Below are positions 1 to 10,200 of a DNA stretch of 64,000 bases, piece by piece. Under the pieces are notes generated by a model. It saw only the letters and a list, made by a program, of their open reading frames with translations. It was not told where the DNA came from and searched no databases. Source of the stretch: Bacteroidota bacterium (GTDB taxonomy: Bacteria > Bacteroidota > Bacteroidia > AKYH767-A > 2013-40CM-41-45); assembly GCA_031417395.1 (NCBI GenBank), contig JANOVM010000039.1, forward strand, positions 5,413-69,412, read 5' to 3'. Position 1 is the stretch's first letter. The number at the start of each line of letters is the position of its first letter. The translations under genes were made by a program, and so were the position numbers.

Positions 1-3000
1 TTAAATTTACCAGTCAAGGTACTTTGCCTACTATTGCTCCTTTTAATATTAGGACGTTTCAACAATCGTTTTTTATTAATCCTGCTTTTACGCCTGCCGG
101 AGCAGCACCAACAGTTACACAAACCAGCGGTCCATTATTTTCATATGCACCCGGATTGATTCAGGTAACCAATAATCCAGCTGCTGTTCCACCTGTAACA
201 ACTTTTAGCGGTTTTCAGGCAGCATCGAACAGTGCAGGAACCTGTCCGGGTATAGGGCCGACATTAGTAGTTGGAACATCCTATTTGATTTGTACCTGGA
301 AGATCACCAGTAATACAGGTCCATTTAACTGTGTTCCTCATAACCTTTCCAGCATTCGCTCAGCAGATACACCTCCCGGTGGACTTGTCAATTTACGATG
401 GGCAGTAACAAGATGGACAAATACTTCAGGATCGTGTAACCCGGGCACAAGTACTACCATAACCACCACTGGAACTTTTACCAGTGTCACCGGCGGAACC
501 TTATTGAGTCAGATGAATAATTCAGTACCTACTGTAACGAATCCTGCTAACGTATCGGTAACAGAATGTCCCGGTCAGGTAGCGAATTTTTCAGTTACTG
601 CTACTCAATCAACAGGCATTACTACTCCCGCTGTTTCATTTCAATGGCTTGAAAACGGAGCCCCTATTACTAATGGAGGAGTTTATTCCGGAGCTACTTC
701 AAGTCAGTTAACCATTACCAACCCTACTGTGGCTTTGGATCAAAAACTTTATTCAGTTGTCGTAACCCAATGCGGTACACGAACAAGTTCAACTGCAACG
801 TTAAGCGTAACCGCATGTGGAGGCGGATGTGCGAATCCTCCAACAGCCAATGCCGGCGGACCATATGTTACTTGCAGCGGCTCTGTTACCTTAAATGGTG
901 CAGTTGGCGGCAGTGCTACCCCTGTAACCGGAGGTACTTGGTCTTCACCAACCGCAGGAACATTTACTCCCAATGCCAATACATTAAATGCAGTTTATAC
1001 ACCTAGTGCTGCTGATCTATCAACAGGCAGTGTGACGCTGACCCTAACCAGTGACAATCCGCTCGGAGGTCAATGCGTGCCGTTTGTAAGTACAGCTTTG
1101 GTTACGTTTAATGCAGTAGACGATAATAATCCTTGTACTGCTGATGTATGTAATACTTCAACAGGATCGGCAGACCACACACCATTGACAAATACAAATG
1201 GAGCCAGCGATAATGATCCGTGTACTGCGGATAATTGTTTAAGCGGACAAACAGTTCACCCAGCACTTCCAACGGACGATGGCAATGTTTGTACAACTGA
1301 TGGTTGTAATTCAAACGGTATTTTCCATACACCTTTAACGAATTCCAACGGAGCAACTGATAATGATCCTTGTACAGCGGATAATTGTTTAAGCGGTCAA
1401 ACAGTTCACCCTACACTTCCAACAGACGATGGCAATGTTTGTACAGCCGATGGTTGTAATTCAAACGGAATTTTCCATACACCATTAACGAATTCCAGCG
1501 GTGCTACTGACAATGATCCATGTACTGCAGATAATTGTGTAAGTGGACAAACTGTTCATGTCGGAACTTCAAGCGACGATGGCAATCCATGCACGGCCGA
1601 TGGCTGTAATTCCAACGGAATTTTCCATACACCGTTAACGAACTCCAGCGGAGCTACCGATAACAATCCATGTACAGCAGATAATTGTGTAAGTGGAGTA
1701 ACAACACATCCTACATTACAAACGGACGACGGCAATGTTTGTACAACCGATGGTTGTAATTCAAACGGAGTATTCCATACACCATTAACGAACTCCAACG
1801 GTGCTACCGATAATGATCCTTGTACTGCTGATAATTGTGTAAGCGGACAAACTGTTCATATAGGAACTTCAAGTGACGATGGCAATCCATGTACAGCCGA
1901 TGGTTGTAATTCAAATGGAGTGTTCCATACGCCATTGACAAACACCGGTGGCGGGGCATCAGACTTTTTATTATGCACAGACGATAATTGTTCCAGCGGA
2001 CAAACGGTTCATCCCCCTGTAAATGTTGACGACCAAAATCCATGTACACAAGATGGCTGTTTAGAAGATCAAACTTTTACTACTTTTAATGTTAAAAATG
2101 TTAAGAATATTACAAATGGTTTTATTGGCACTCCGGTATTAACATTTGGCGTATTCCATATTCCATTAACTAATATAGGTGGCGGAGCAACGGACAATAA
2201 TGTATGTACTTCAGATGATTGTGTAAGCGGTCAGACAGTGCATGTTCCAACTGCAGGAAACGTAGACGATAATAACCCTTGTACCATCGATGGTTGTAAT
2301 TCCATTACAGGTTCTGAAAGCCATACTCCTGTTACCAGTATTGGTGGCGGCGCAAGCGATAATAACCTTTGTACTGACGATAATTGCTCAAGCGGAACTA
2401 CGGTACATCCTCCAATAGCGGGAATAGATGAAAACAATCCTTGTACAAACGATGCTTGTGACAGTGGTGTTATTTCGCACTTTCCTGTAACAGATGGTTT
2501 GCCGGGCGCCTCTGATAATAATGCCTGTACAACTGATGCTTGTTTAAGTGGTCAAACAGTTTATACTCCTATTCCTACTAACGACGATGATCTTTGTACA
2601 CTTGACGGATGTAATAGTATAACAGGTGTATTTCATAACCCTACAGGTGGCGGCGGAACAGGTCCTTTACCTGGACAGGCAGGAAATCTTACCGGTCCCG
2701 GGGTTTATTCATATCAGTCAAATCACCGTACATATACACTTTGCGCACCCGGACAGGGCGGAGCGTTTTATACTTATTGCCTTCCTGCAATTGCCAATGC
2801 TACCGGATATTATTGGTGGATAGACCGCAATGCTAATCCTTCTTTGTCATTTACAAGCACAACGTTAACGACTACCTATACTACTTCTACACCGTGTGTT
2901 ACCATATTTATTCCTTTCGGATATACCGGAGACCAGGAACTGGAAGTTGAAGGCTTTAATTGCGCCGGTAATGGAAGACATAATGAGATTGTAATCAAGG

Positions 3001-4655
3001 TTGTTTCTCCCGACGATAATAATCCTTGTACTATTGACGCTTGTAGCAGTGGTATTGTAACTCATGTTAATAATAAGCCGGTAGCTTCAGCAGTGGTAAC
3101 TACACCAATTTTATGTTACAACGGTACCGGTTGTGTAACAGTTCAGGTTGCAGGTGGAGCAACGCCTTATAATTATAACCTGGGACTATTTAATCCTGAT
3201 ACTACAATTTGCAATGTATCTGCAGGCAGTGGAAAAACTTTCACGTTTACTGATGCTAATGGATGTTCATTTAAATCTACCCCGGTTAATCTTACCCAGC
3301 CGTCAAAGTTGAACGTTTCGACTTCTCAAACACCTTCAGGATGTAATACTAATACCGGTACTGCAAAAGCGACTCCTTCAGGTGGTACACCGGGATATCA
3401 GTATCTCTGGTCGCCGGGTGGACAAACTACTCAAACAGCAACAGGACTTGCACCGGGTAGCTATTCAGTTACAGTTACTGATGCCAATGGATGTACTGCA
3501 ACTAAAACTGTTACAGTGCTGTCTAACGGTAACGGTAATCTTCCTGCACCCGGTCCAATTTCAGGAACAGTTTATGTTTGCGATGGACAATGCATAACTT
3601 ACAGTATTCAGCCTGTACAGGGAGCAATCTCATACCAATGGACATTGCCAAACGGAGCTTCCGGAAGTTCTACATCAACTTCTATAACTGTCTGCTTTAA
3701 TTCTCATTTCCGTCGAACAGGAGGTTCTATTTGTGTAAGAGCTGTAGGTTCTTGTGGAACGAATCCATCAACTTGTTTAACGCTTATTCCTGTAACTTCA
3801 AAACCTTCAAAACCCGGTTCAATTAGTGGACTTGTTCCTGTTTGTCCTCCTGCAACAGGCACCATACAACAGACATATTGTATTAATCCTGTATCAAATG
3901 CAACAAGTTATCAATGGACAATTACAGGTAATTCCAATCCTTCGCTTTCAATTGCTTCCGGACAAGGAACAACTTGTGTAGTGATAAATATTCCTGCAGG
4001 TTATAATGGAAACCAGGATCTTGAAGTAAAAGCGATTAATTGCAAAGGATCAAGCTCTTCAAGAGATATTGATATTAAAAAGTTCAGTACACTTTCAACA
4101 CCTAATGCCATTGGTGGACCTTCAAGTGTTTGCCTAAGCCAGGTTAAAACGTATAATACCAATACTGTAAACGGAGCTACATCATATGCTTGGTTTGTAA
4201 CGGGTGGTGCACAAATAATTTCAGGTCAAGGAACTAAATCAGTTCAGATTTCATTTGCAAATTGCACAACTACTACCGTAGTAATAACTGTTACTGCTTC
4301 AAATTCTTGTTTCACTTCAAATCCTCGTACTCAAACAGTAACGGTGAATTTAAATTGCAAAACATCGAATGGTGCACTTGCTGAGCCTCAAGAAGTAAAT
4401 CTTAATTCAATTTCGCTTTATCCTAATCCTACTTCCGGTAAAACAACCTTGTCTATAAATTCAATAGCAGACGGTAAATTTAACATGAAGGTATTTGATG
4501 TAATTGGAAAAGTATTGATTAATGAAGATCTTACATTATCAGAAGGTCTGAATACAAAAGAGATTAACCTTGAAAATGTATCTCATGGTCTTTACTTTGT
4601 AACGATTAGATCTGAAGGAATGGAAAGCCAAACCTTAAGAATTATTGTTGAATAA
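1..4655 (+). CDS. Giant secreted adhesin-like protein, 5'-partial (reading frame open to window start; the ORF track begins at a TTG at 24). Contains an Ig-like region, ~10 Cys/Asp-rich 25/50-aa tandem repeats, a SprB-type repeat, PKD-like domains and a T9SS type-A C-terminal sorting domain.
   Basis: No stop in frame 3 from nt 3. The repeat 'DDGNxCTxDGCNSNGxFHTPLTNSNGATDNDPCTADNCxSGQTVH' recurs with a 150-nt period. 'ILCYNGTGCVTVQVAGGATPYNYNL' matches the SprB repeat pattern. The C-terminus 'LYPNPTSGKTTLSINS…GLYFVTIRSEG…' is a typical Por/T9SS type-A CTD. A terminator follows. Confidence 0.8.
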   Translation, partial: KFTSQGTLPTIAPFNIRTFQQSFFINPAFTPAGAAPTVTQTSGPLFSYAPGLIQVTNNPAAVPPVTTFSGFQAASNSAGTCPGIGPTLVVGTSYLICTWKITSNTGPFNCVPHNLSSIRSADTPPGGLVNLRWAVTRWTNTSGSCNPGTSTTITTTGTFTSVTGGTLLSQMNNSVPTVTNPANVSVTECPGQVANFSVTATQSTGITTPAVSFQWLENGAPITNGGVYSGATSSQLTITNPTVALDQKLYSVVVTQCGTRTSSTATLSVTACGGGCANPPTANAGGPYVTCSGSVTLNGAVGGSATPVTGGTWSSPTAGTFTPNANTLNAVYTPSAADLSTGSVTLTLTSDNPLGGQCVPFVSTALVTFNAVDDNNPCTADVCNTSTGSADHTPLTNTNGASDNDPCTADNCLSGQTVHPALPTDDGNVCTTDGCNSNGIFHTPLTNSNGATDNDPCTADNCLSGQTVHPTLPTDDGNVCTADGCNSNGIFHTPLTNSSGATDNDPCTADNCVSGQTVHVGTSSDDGNPCTADGCNSNGIFHTPLTNSSGATDNNPCTADNCVSGVTTHPTLQTDDGNVCTTDGCNSNGVFHTPLTNSNGATDNDPCTADNCVSGQTVHIGTSSDDGNPCTADGCNSNGVFHTPLTNTGGGASDFLLCTDDNCSSGQTVHPPVNVDDQNPCTQDGCLEDQTFTTFNVKNVKNITNGFIGTPVLTFGVFHIPLTNIGGGATDNNVCTSDDCVSGQTVHVPTAGNVDDNNPCTIDGCNSITGSESHTPVTSIGGGASDNNLCTDDNCSSGTTVHPPIAGIDENNPCTNDACDSGVISHFPVTDGLPGASDNNACTTDACLSGQTVYTPIPTNDDDLCTLDGCNSITGVFHNPTGGGGTGPLPGQAGNLTGPGVYSYQSNHRTYTLCAPGQGGAFYTYCLPAIANATGYYWWIDRNANPSLSFTSTTLTTTYTTSTPCVTIFIPFGYTGDQELEVEGFNCAGNGRHNEIVIKVVSPDDNNPCTIDACSSGIVTHVNNKPVASAVVTTPILCYNGTGCVTVQVAGGATPYNYNLGLFNPDTTICNVSAGSGKTFTFTDANGCSFKSTPVNLTQPSKLNVSTSQTPSGCNTNTGTAKATPSGGTPGYQYLWSPGGQTTQTATGLAPGSYSVTVTDANGCTATKTVTVLSNGNGNLPAPGPISGTVYVCDGQCITYSIQPVQGAISYQWTLPNGASGSSTSTSITVCFNSHFRRTGGSICVRAVGSCGTNPSTCLTLIPVTSKPSKPGSISGLVPVCPPATGTIQQTYCINPVSNATSYQWTITGNSNPSLSIASGQGTTCVVINIPAGYNGNQDLEVKAINCKGSSSSRDIDIKKFSTLSTPNAIGGPSSVCLSQVKTYNTNTVNGATSYAWFVTGGAQIISGQGTKSVQISFANCTTTTVVITVTASNSCFTSNPRTQTVTVNLNCKTSNGALAEPQEVNLNSISLYPNPTSGKTTLSINSIADGKFNMKVFDVIGKVLINEDLTLSEGLNTKEINLENVSHGLYFVTIRSEGMESQTLRIIVE
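1108..2650 (+). repeat. In-frame tandem coding repeats, 150-nt period (two ~75-nt half-units). About six near-identical copies lie between 1108 and 2060, then degenerate copies continue to ~2650.
   Basis: Direct comparison: the sequence at 1261–1410 is nearly identical to 1411–1560, and so on. Each unit encodes 'NPCTxDxC…H'. Confidence 0.85.
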
Positions 4656-4673
4656 AAGTTTCGACTGATATTG

Positions 4674-4712
4674 AAAAATCCCTCTCTGAATTTATCGGAG
4701 AGGGATTTTTTT
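4674..4712 (+). terminator. Rho-independent terminator after the giant adhesin gene
   Basis: Stem aaaaATCCCTCTC / GAGAGGGATtttt with an 11-nt loop, followed by a T7 run. Confidence 0.7.
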
Positions 4713-5038
4713 GTTTTTATTTCATAAATTATTGAAAATGATTTATTTAAATTTTAATAAATTTTTTAGAAAATTATTAAAATCGAGAATCTGTAATGAT
4801 ATTGAATTTGTAATTACAGGAATAATTGGTAATCAAATATTTATAAATAATAATTGGATTGTTAATTCAATTAATTGTAATAATTTCAACTTAATAGATA
4901 AAATATGATGCATGATTTTTCTTTAAAAATAAATAAAAAACCGCTTTTTAGCACAAATGAAACATTTCTTACACTCTACCGTTAGAATAGTTGTGTTTCA
5001 TGTTAAGTTTTAAGTTAAGTAATTTTAGTTGTTGATCA

Positions 5039-5070
5039 GAAAACTTCGGAGGTAAACTCCGGAGTTTTTT
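5039..5070. terminator. Hairpin with flanking A/T runs, a probable bidirectional terminator (3' of the WD40 gene on the minus strand)
   Basis: agAAAACTTCGGAG-gtaaa-CTCCGGAGTTTTTTg, about a 12-bp stem with one G·U pair. Confidence 0.5.
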
Positions 5071-5106
5071 GTATCCGTTGATAGATGTAAAAAGGCTGTG
5101 GGTTTA

Positions 5107-6015
5107 TTAAGTTTTTTCAATTTTCCAGCTAATAATACTTCTGTCATCACTTGCAGAAAGTAAATTATCTTTCATCCAGGTAATTTTATTTACACTGTGT
5201 TTATGGCCTTCGTTTTTTTCAGCATCAATTCTATAGAGAAAATTTAAATCAGCGCTTTCCCAGATTTTCACAGTTCTATCTCTGCTTGCTGTAGCAAAAA
5301 ATGATTTATCGGGAGAAAATTCAATTGAATAAATGGCATAATTATGCGCCGGAATTGATTTAATAAGCTTGAAATCGTTTGATGTCCAAAAATTTAAATG
5401 TGCATCACGGCCGGCACTTAATATTACATCCTGTTCAGGATGAAAAGAAACAGCATTGACTGAGGACGTATGAGCTATGAAAGAGTGAATCTGCTCAAGT
5501 TTTTCTAAATGTATTATCCGTATGGTTCCATCACCGCAACCAACGGCAGCAATATTTTCAGCTTTATTGAAAGCAACAGACCGGATTTTTTCGGAGCATA
5601 AGGAGAGTGACTTTATAAAAGAAAAATCTTTTGCCGACCAGAAAGCAATTTTTCCATCGCCGCCTGTTGTTAGTATCAGATCATTCGCTAAAGAATATTG
5701 AATTGAATAAATTCCTTTTTGATGAAACAAGAAGAAGTGTATTTCTTTTTTCTCATTAAGATCAACGACATGCATTCCACCGCCGGAAACTCCCGCAAGT
5801 AATATGTTTTTCTCGGGCAGAAATTTAAGAGAATAAATAGTGGTTCCTGTATTAACAATTCCTTTATTTTCAGAATCTTTAAGAAGCCCTCTCAAACTAA
5901 TTATCTTATCGCCTCCGCCGGAAAAAAATCCTTCTTCATAAAATGGTTCAAGAGCATAAACAGGGGCCTCGTGGTTACTGAAAACGAAATTTTTTTCAAT
6001 AGATAGCATAGACAT
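5107..6015 (-). CDS. WD40/β-propeller repeat protein
   Basis: Repeated ~40-aa units with GxxDxxIxxW/…S(x)DxxIxxW endings ('DKIISL', 'DGKIAFWS', 'DGTIRIIH', 'DAHLNFWT', 'DRTVKIWE', 'DRSIISWK'). A 26-nt gap to the upstream radical-SAM gene suggests an operon. Confidence 0.7.
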   Translation of the reverse strand: MSMLSIEKNFVFSNHEAPVYALEPFYEEGFFSGGGDKIISLRGLLKDSENKGIVNTGTTIYSLKFLPEKNILLAGVSGGGMHVVDLNEKKEIHFFLFHQKGIYSIQYSLANDLILTTGGDGKIAFWSAKDFSFIKSLSLCSEKIRSVAFNKAENIAAVGCGDGTIRIIHLEKLEQIHSFIAHTSSVNAVSFHPEQDVILSAGRDAHLNFWTSNDFKLIKSIPAHNYAIYSIEFSPDKSFFATASRDRTVKIWESADLNFLYRIDAEKNEGHKHSVNKITWMKDNLLSASDDRSIISWKIEKT

Positions 6016-6041
6016 TGATTAATGAAATATCAAATATAAAT

Positions 6042-7073
6042 TTAAGACCAGACCTTTGTTCCTTCTGAGCAATTGGAACAAATGTCGTTTTCTTTTCGGC
6101 TTGTTAAGACTGATTTTCTGAATTTGTTATACGATTCGCTTTTCCATATGGAGCTGAAATTATTTTCATTCAGATTGCCCATGCTGTATTTGGCATCCTT
6201 ATCAAAACAGCAGGGAACCATTTTTCCGTCCCACGTTATTACGGATGTTTGCCACAATTTCCAGCAATGGTTAAGCAGTTTGTTTTTAAGAAAATACTCC
6301 CCGGTTATATTTTTTTTGTACCTGGAATATTTTTCTTGTGTTGGAATCAATTCATTGCCATTTCTAAAATCATAAACCTGAGCAGTCTTAAAAGCAATAC
6401 TATCAACTCCAATTTCTTTTGCCAGCTTTTTTGCATCCTCAATCTGGTGTTCATTTGGATGAACCACTAAAAACTGGAAAACCACGTAAGGACGATAGGA
6501 GTTAAGCTTTTTTTTCCATGAAACGATATTTTTTGTACCCGCTAAAACTTTTTCAAGTGAGCCTCCAATGCGGTATTGACTGTAAACATCCTGTGTCGTG
6601 CCATCGATTGAGATAATGAGTCTATCGAGTCCGCTTTCTACAGTTTTGCGTGCAGTATCGTCATCCAGATAATGTGCATTGGTAGAAGTGGCTGTATAAA
6701 TCTTTCGTAAAGAAGCATACCGTATCATATCTAAAAACTCAGGATGGAGAAAAGGTTCACCTTGAAAATAAAAAATCATGTATAGCACATTCTTGTGGAG
6801 TTGATCTGTAACATTTCTAAAAAAGTTTTTATCGAGCATGCCGGTAGGCCTGGTAAAGGATCTTAGTCCACTGGGGCATTCCGGACACCGCAGATTGCAG
6901 GATGTCGTCGGTTCAACAGAAATGGAAGATGGAAAGCCGAATACAAAAGGAGTGTGGGAAAGTTTAGATAAGTAATATCCACTTACAACCTTTATCAAAT
7001 TAATAATTCGCTGAACGGATAATTTGGATAATAAATTAAAAAGATCGCGCAGGTTGGTATTCATTAATAACAA
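6042..7073 (-). CDS. Radical SAM enzyme with a C-terminal SPASM/twitch Cys-rich domain, substrate unknown
   Basis: The CxxxCxxC motif 'SCNLRCPECPSG' is near the N-terminus. The C-terminal 'VPCCFDKD…GNL…SSIW…CSNCSEG' matches a SPASM-like auxiliary cluster. Confidence 0.7.
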   Translation of the reverse strand: MLLMNTNLRDLFNLLSKLSVQRIINLIKVVSGYYLSKLSHTPFVFGFPSSISVEPTTSCNLRCPECPSGLRSFTRPTGMLDKNFFRNVTDQLHKNVLYMIFYFQGEPFLHPEFLDMIRYASLRKIYTATSTNAHYLDDDTARKTVESGLDRLIISIDGTTQDVYSQYRIGGSLEKVLAGTKNIVSWKKKLNSYRPYVVFQFLVVHPNEHQIEDAKKLAKEIGVDSIAFKTAQVYDFRNGNELIPTQEKYSRYKKNITGEYFLKNKLLNHCWKLWQTSVITWDGKMVPCCFDKDAKYSMGNLNENNFSSIWKSESYNKFRKSVLTSRKENDICSNCSEGTKVWS

Positions 7074-7295
7074 AGATGCAAAATTTAATGCCGATACCGT
7101 TGGTTTTAATTAATAAGGAAATAATAATTGTATGATTGAATTTGTGAATATGAAAGATGTAATACAGTATTGGGTTATTTTTATTTTGAATGAATGTTCC
7201 ATATAATAAAAAAAATCTACTCACGAATACATTAAAGCCTCTTTTTAAAGTAATTCCTTTGAAAATAATTGGCAATCTCTTGTTAATAATTTACT

Positions 7296-10200
7296 TTGAA
7301 CCAAGAAAATAAATTAACGACTTCAACTTATCTTGGATGCTTAAAAATAAAAAAAGTGACTCAACGTATAATTTATTTTACCTGCTTTCTTTTTGTACTG
7401 GCGATTGGCGCAAGCGCACAGGACACGTGTTCAACAGCTTCATCACTGTGTGCAAGTAGTACTTTAGCCAGAACTACAATAGCTGCAACTACCAATGCAA
7501 GTGATCCCGTTTTAAGCTGTGGAGATGGAGTTGTTAACAATAGCGTCTGGTTTACATTGTTAGCTATTAATAATGGAAATACCACCATTACAGTAACCGG
7601 AATTGATAACAATCCCGGTTTGGACATGGAGGTTTACACTGGATCCTGTGGTTCCCTTACCACCATCGGCCAATGTGCCAGTGGAAGCAGCGCGACTGCC
7701 GGAACTATGAGCGTTTCTTTTGCTGTTGTAGCCGGTGTAACCTATTATGTCATGGTTGATGGAAATGCAGGAAACCAGGAAGCATTCAATATTACTGCAA
7801 CAACTCCCAACGATGCAATTGTGGCAAGACCTGCTACTGATTTTGATGTAAATCCATATTCCGGTTGCATTCCATTAACAACGGTATTGGACAGCCAGAC
7901 GGTTTTACATGGGGGAAATAATATTACTTTTGAATGGAAAATTGGAAGCGGAGCGTATGTTAAAGCTACAGGCTTTGATACTACAGTAACCTTTTCTGCT
8001 GCTGCTGTAAATACTATTAATCTTCGTGTTTGTAATAAAGAGTGCGGATGTAAAATTAATAGTCAGGATGTAGTGTCTCAAAACCTGGTTCCGACAATTA
8101 CCGCTGTTCCTTCAATTACTTGCGTTGGAACGCCGATTAATTTCACTTCAGCCGCTTCCGTTTTACCGACTCCTCCCTTTGTTAATCCCAATGTAATATT
8201 GTGGGAATGGGATTTTGGAGACACTGCTTCAGGAGCTTCTAATTATGCAACAGGTTCGTCGGTTTCTCACTTGTTTATTGGTCCTCCTAATACCTATAAT
8301 GTCAGACTAATAGCACATGGAACGTGTGGGCCGGATACAGTATTTAAAGTTATTACAATCCTGCCAAAACCAATTGCCAATATAACGGGCCCTAGTGAAT
8401 CATGTGAAGGTCAGACTCTTACCTTGGGAACGGCTCTTACCTATGCTGTTGCTCCCATTACTTATACTTGGTCAGGAGTAGGAACTTTTTCCTGTACAAA
8501 TTGCGCTTCAACCAATATTACGAATTTAATACCGGGCGGACCGTATACCTATCAGGTTTCTATCATCGACGTGCATGGTTGTACTGCTGATACTACAAAG
8601 GATGTAATAATTCACCCAAGGCCATCTGTTTTTGCAGGTGGTTTTCTAACGGTATGCCGAAACGATACTGCTCAATTAAATGCTGTTCCTTCAGGCGGAT
8701 ATCCTCCGTATACATATAAATGGACACCTGCTTTAGGATTAAACAGTGATACCATTTACAATCCCTTTACTTTTAATACTGATAATAAAACCTATTGTAT
8801 TGTCGTAAAAGATTCCAATGACTGTCCTTCTCTTTCAGATTGTATTCTTTTAACCCAATATCCTCAGCCAACAATTTCTTCTGCTAATCCTTCCTTTTGT
8901 ACAACACTGCCTAATCTTCAAAATACGTTTACCGTAAACGGACCGAATGCAGGTTCTTCATATTCCTGGAGGTTGTCGACGGATTATTCCTTAATTACAG
9001 GAGCAGCTCCCGATTCTTCAAGTATAACTGTTGACTTTCCTCCTATTATAGGTACTTATAATTTCAAGGTTATCGTAAATGATGCTTTAACCGGATGCGA
9101 CGATACGGTTTCTACATCCTTTAATATTACTCCAGGGCTTAATATGGGCGTTACGGGTCCTTCTCAAATGTGTGATGGTGATACTGTAACATTAAACGTA
9201 TCAGGAGCAGTTTCCTATGTTTGGTCACCTTCTCCAGCTTATGCTCTGTCGAATCCAAATGCCTCTTCTCAAAATGTTTCACCACCATCTACTACCGTTT
9301 TTACAATAACGGGTACTGCAGGGACTTGTACTCAAACAATAAAGGATACTCTTATAGTATATGGAAATCCTAATGCTGTTGTAAGCCCTATTCCACCTTA
9401 TTGTGGTTGCGCAAATGTTACTCTAGATGGTGTCGGAAGTACCGCAGGCATGTCCTATCTGTGGACAAGCTCTTTAGGCAGTCCGATTACTTCACCGACA
9501 AGTTTAGTTACACTGGCGAATGTGTGTGATACTGATACCATCATGTTAACGGTAACAGATTTAATTACTACCTGTGCAACCTCTGCATCAACAGTAGTTC
9601 TTGCAACCCCACGCCCGGCGGTTCAGGCCAATGTGACGCCGCCTTTTATTTGTATTGGTGTTCCAACCTTGGTTCAACTGGATGGTACCGGAAGTGATGT
9701 ATTACCCGGTACAACTTATATATGGAGTAGTGATAATCCTGCAACGGTTTATGGTGATTCAACAGCATTGGATTCGACCGCCAATATTAATACGCCGACG
9801 GTTTTTTATCTGACTGTTATGAATACCGCCGGTTGTGATTCCATGGCTACGGATACAGTTAATGTATTTACAGAACCTGTCATTAGCTCTAATCCACCAT
9901 TTGTTTGTACATCGGATATTATTCGCCAGTCAACAGTTACTATTACAGGTGCTTCTCCCGCATCTTCTTATATATGGACTATGATACCGCCTTGTGTCAA
10001 TCCTGCAATTATTGCAGATTCTTCTACTTCTTCTCAATTGTTTGATTTAGCTGCCTGTGGACCTGCTGTCGATACTTTTGTTGTTTCCGTTTATGATTCT
10101 GTTACAACATGTACTACCAATCTTGTTTCAACGGTAACTGTCGTAAGCGGTGTTGTTTTATCATTATCTCCTGATACAACTTTTTGTGAAGGCGGTGTAG

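Noticed and set aside
1108-2650. Regularly spaced direct repeats that could superficially resemble a CRISPR array
   Set aside because: The repeats are in-frame, translate to a conserved protein repeat, have a 150-nt period with no unique spacers, and lie inside a long ORF. No cas genes are present.
749-3597. Multiple antisense/alternative-frame ORFs (e.g. 749–979, 1108–1356, 1556–1798, 1804–2049, 2231–2437, 3382–3597) inside the giant adhesin gene
   Set aside because: They are shadow ORFs generated by the repetitive, compositionally biased coding sequence. The + frame has far stronger protein-like features. The same applies to short antisense ORFs inside other long genes (e.g. 10091–10592, 18562–18777, 28095–28334).
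4711-4908. 65-aa ORF in the AT-rich spacer after the adhesin gene
   Set aside because: Low-complexity N/I/F-rich translation of AT-rich DNA. It has no signal, no motif, and no plausible start context.
7036-7275. 79-aa ORF overlapping the rSAM start, considered as a possible RiPP precursor
   Set aside because: It has only one Cys, no Gly-Gly/leader-core organisation and a hydrophobic low-complexity sequence, and it overlaps the rSAM start in another frame.
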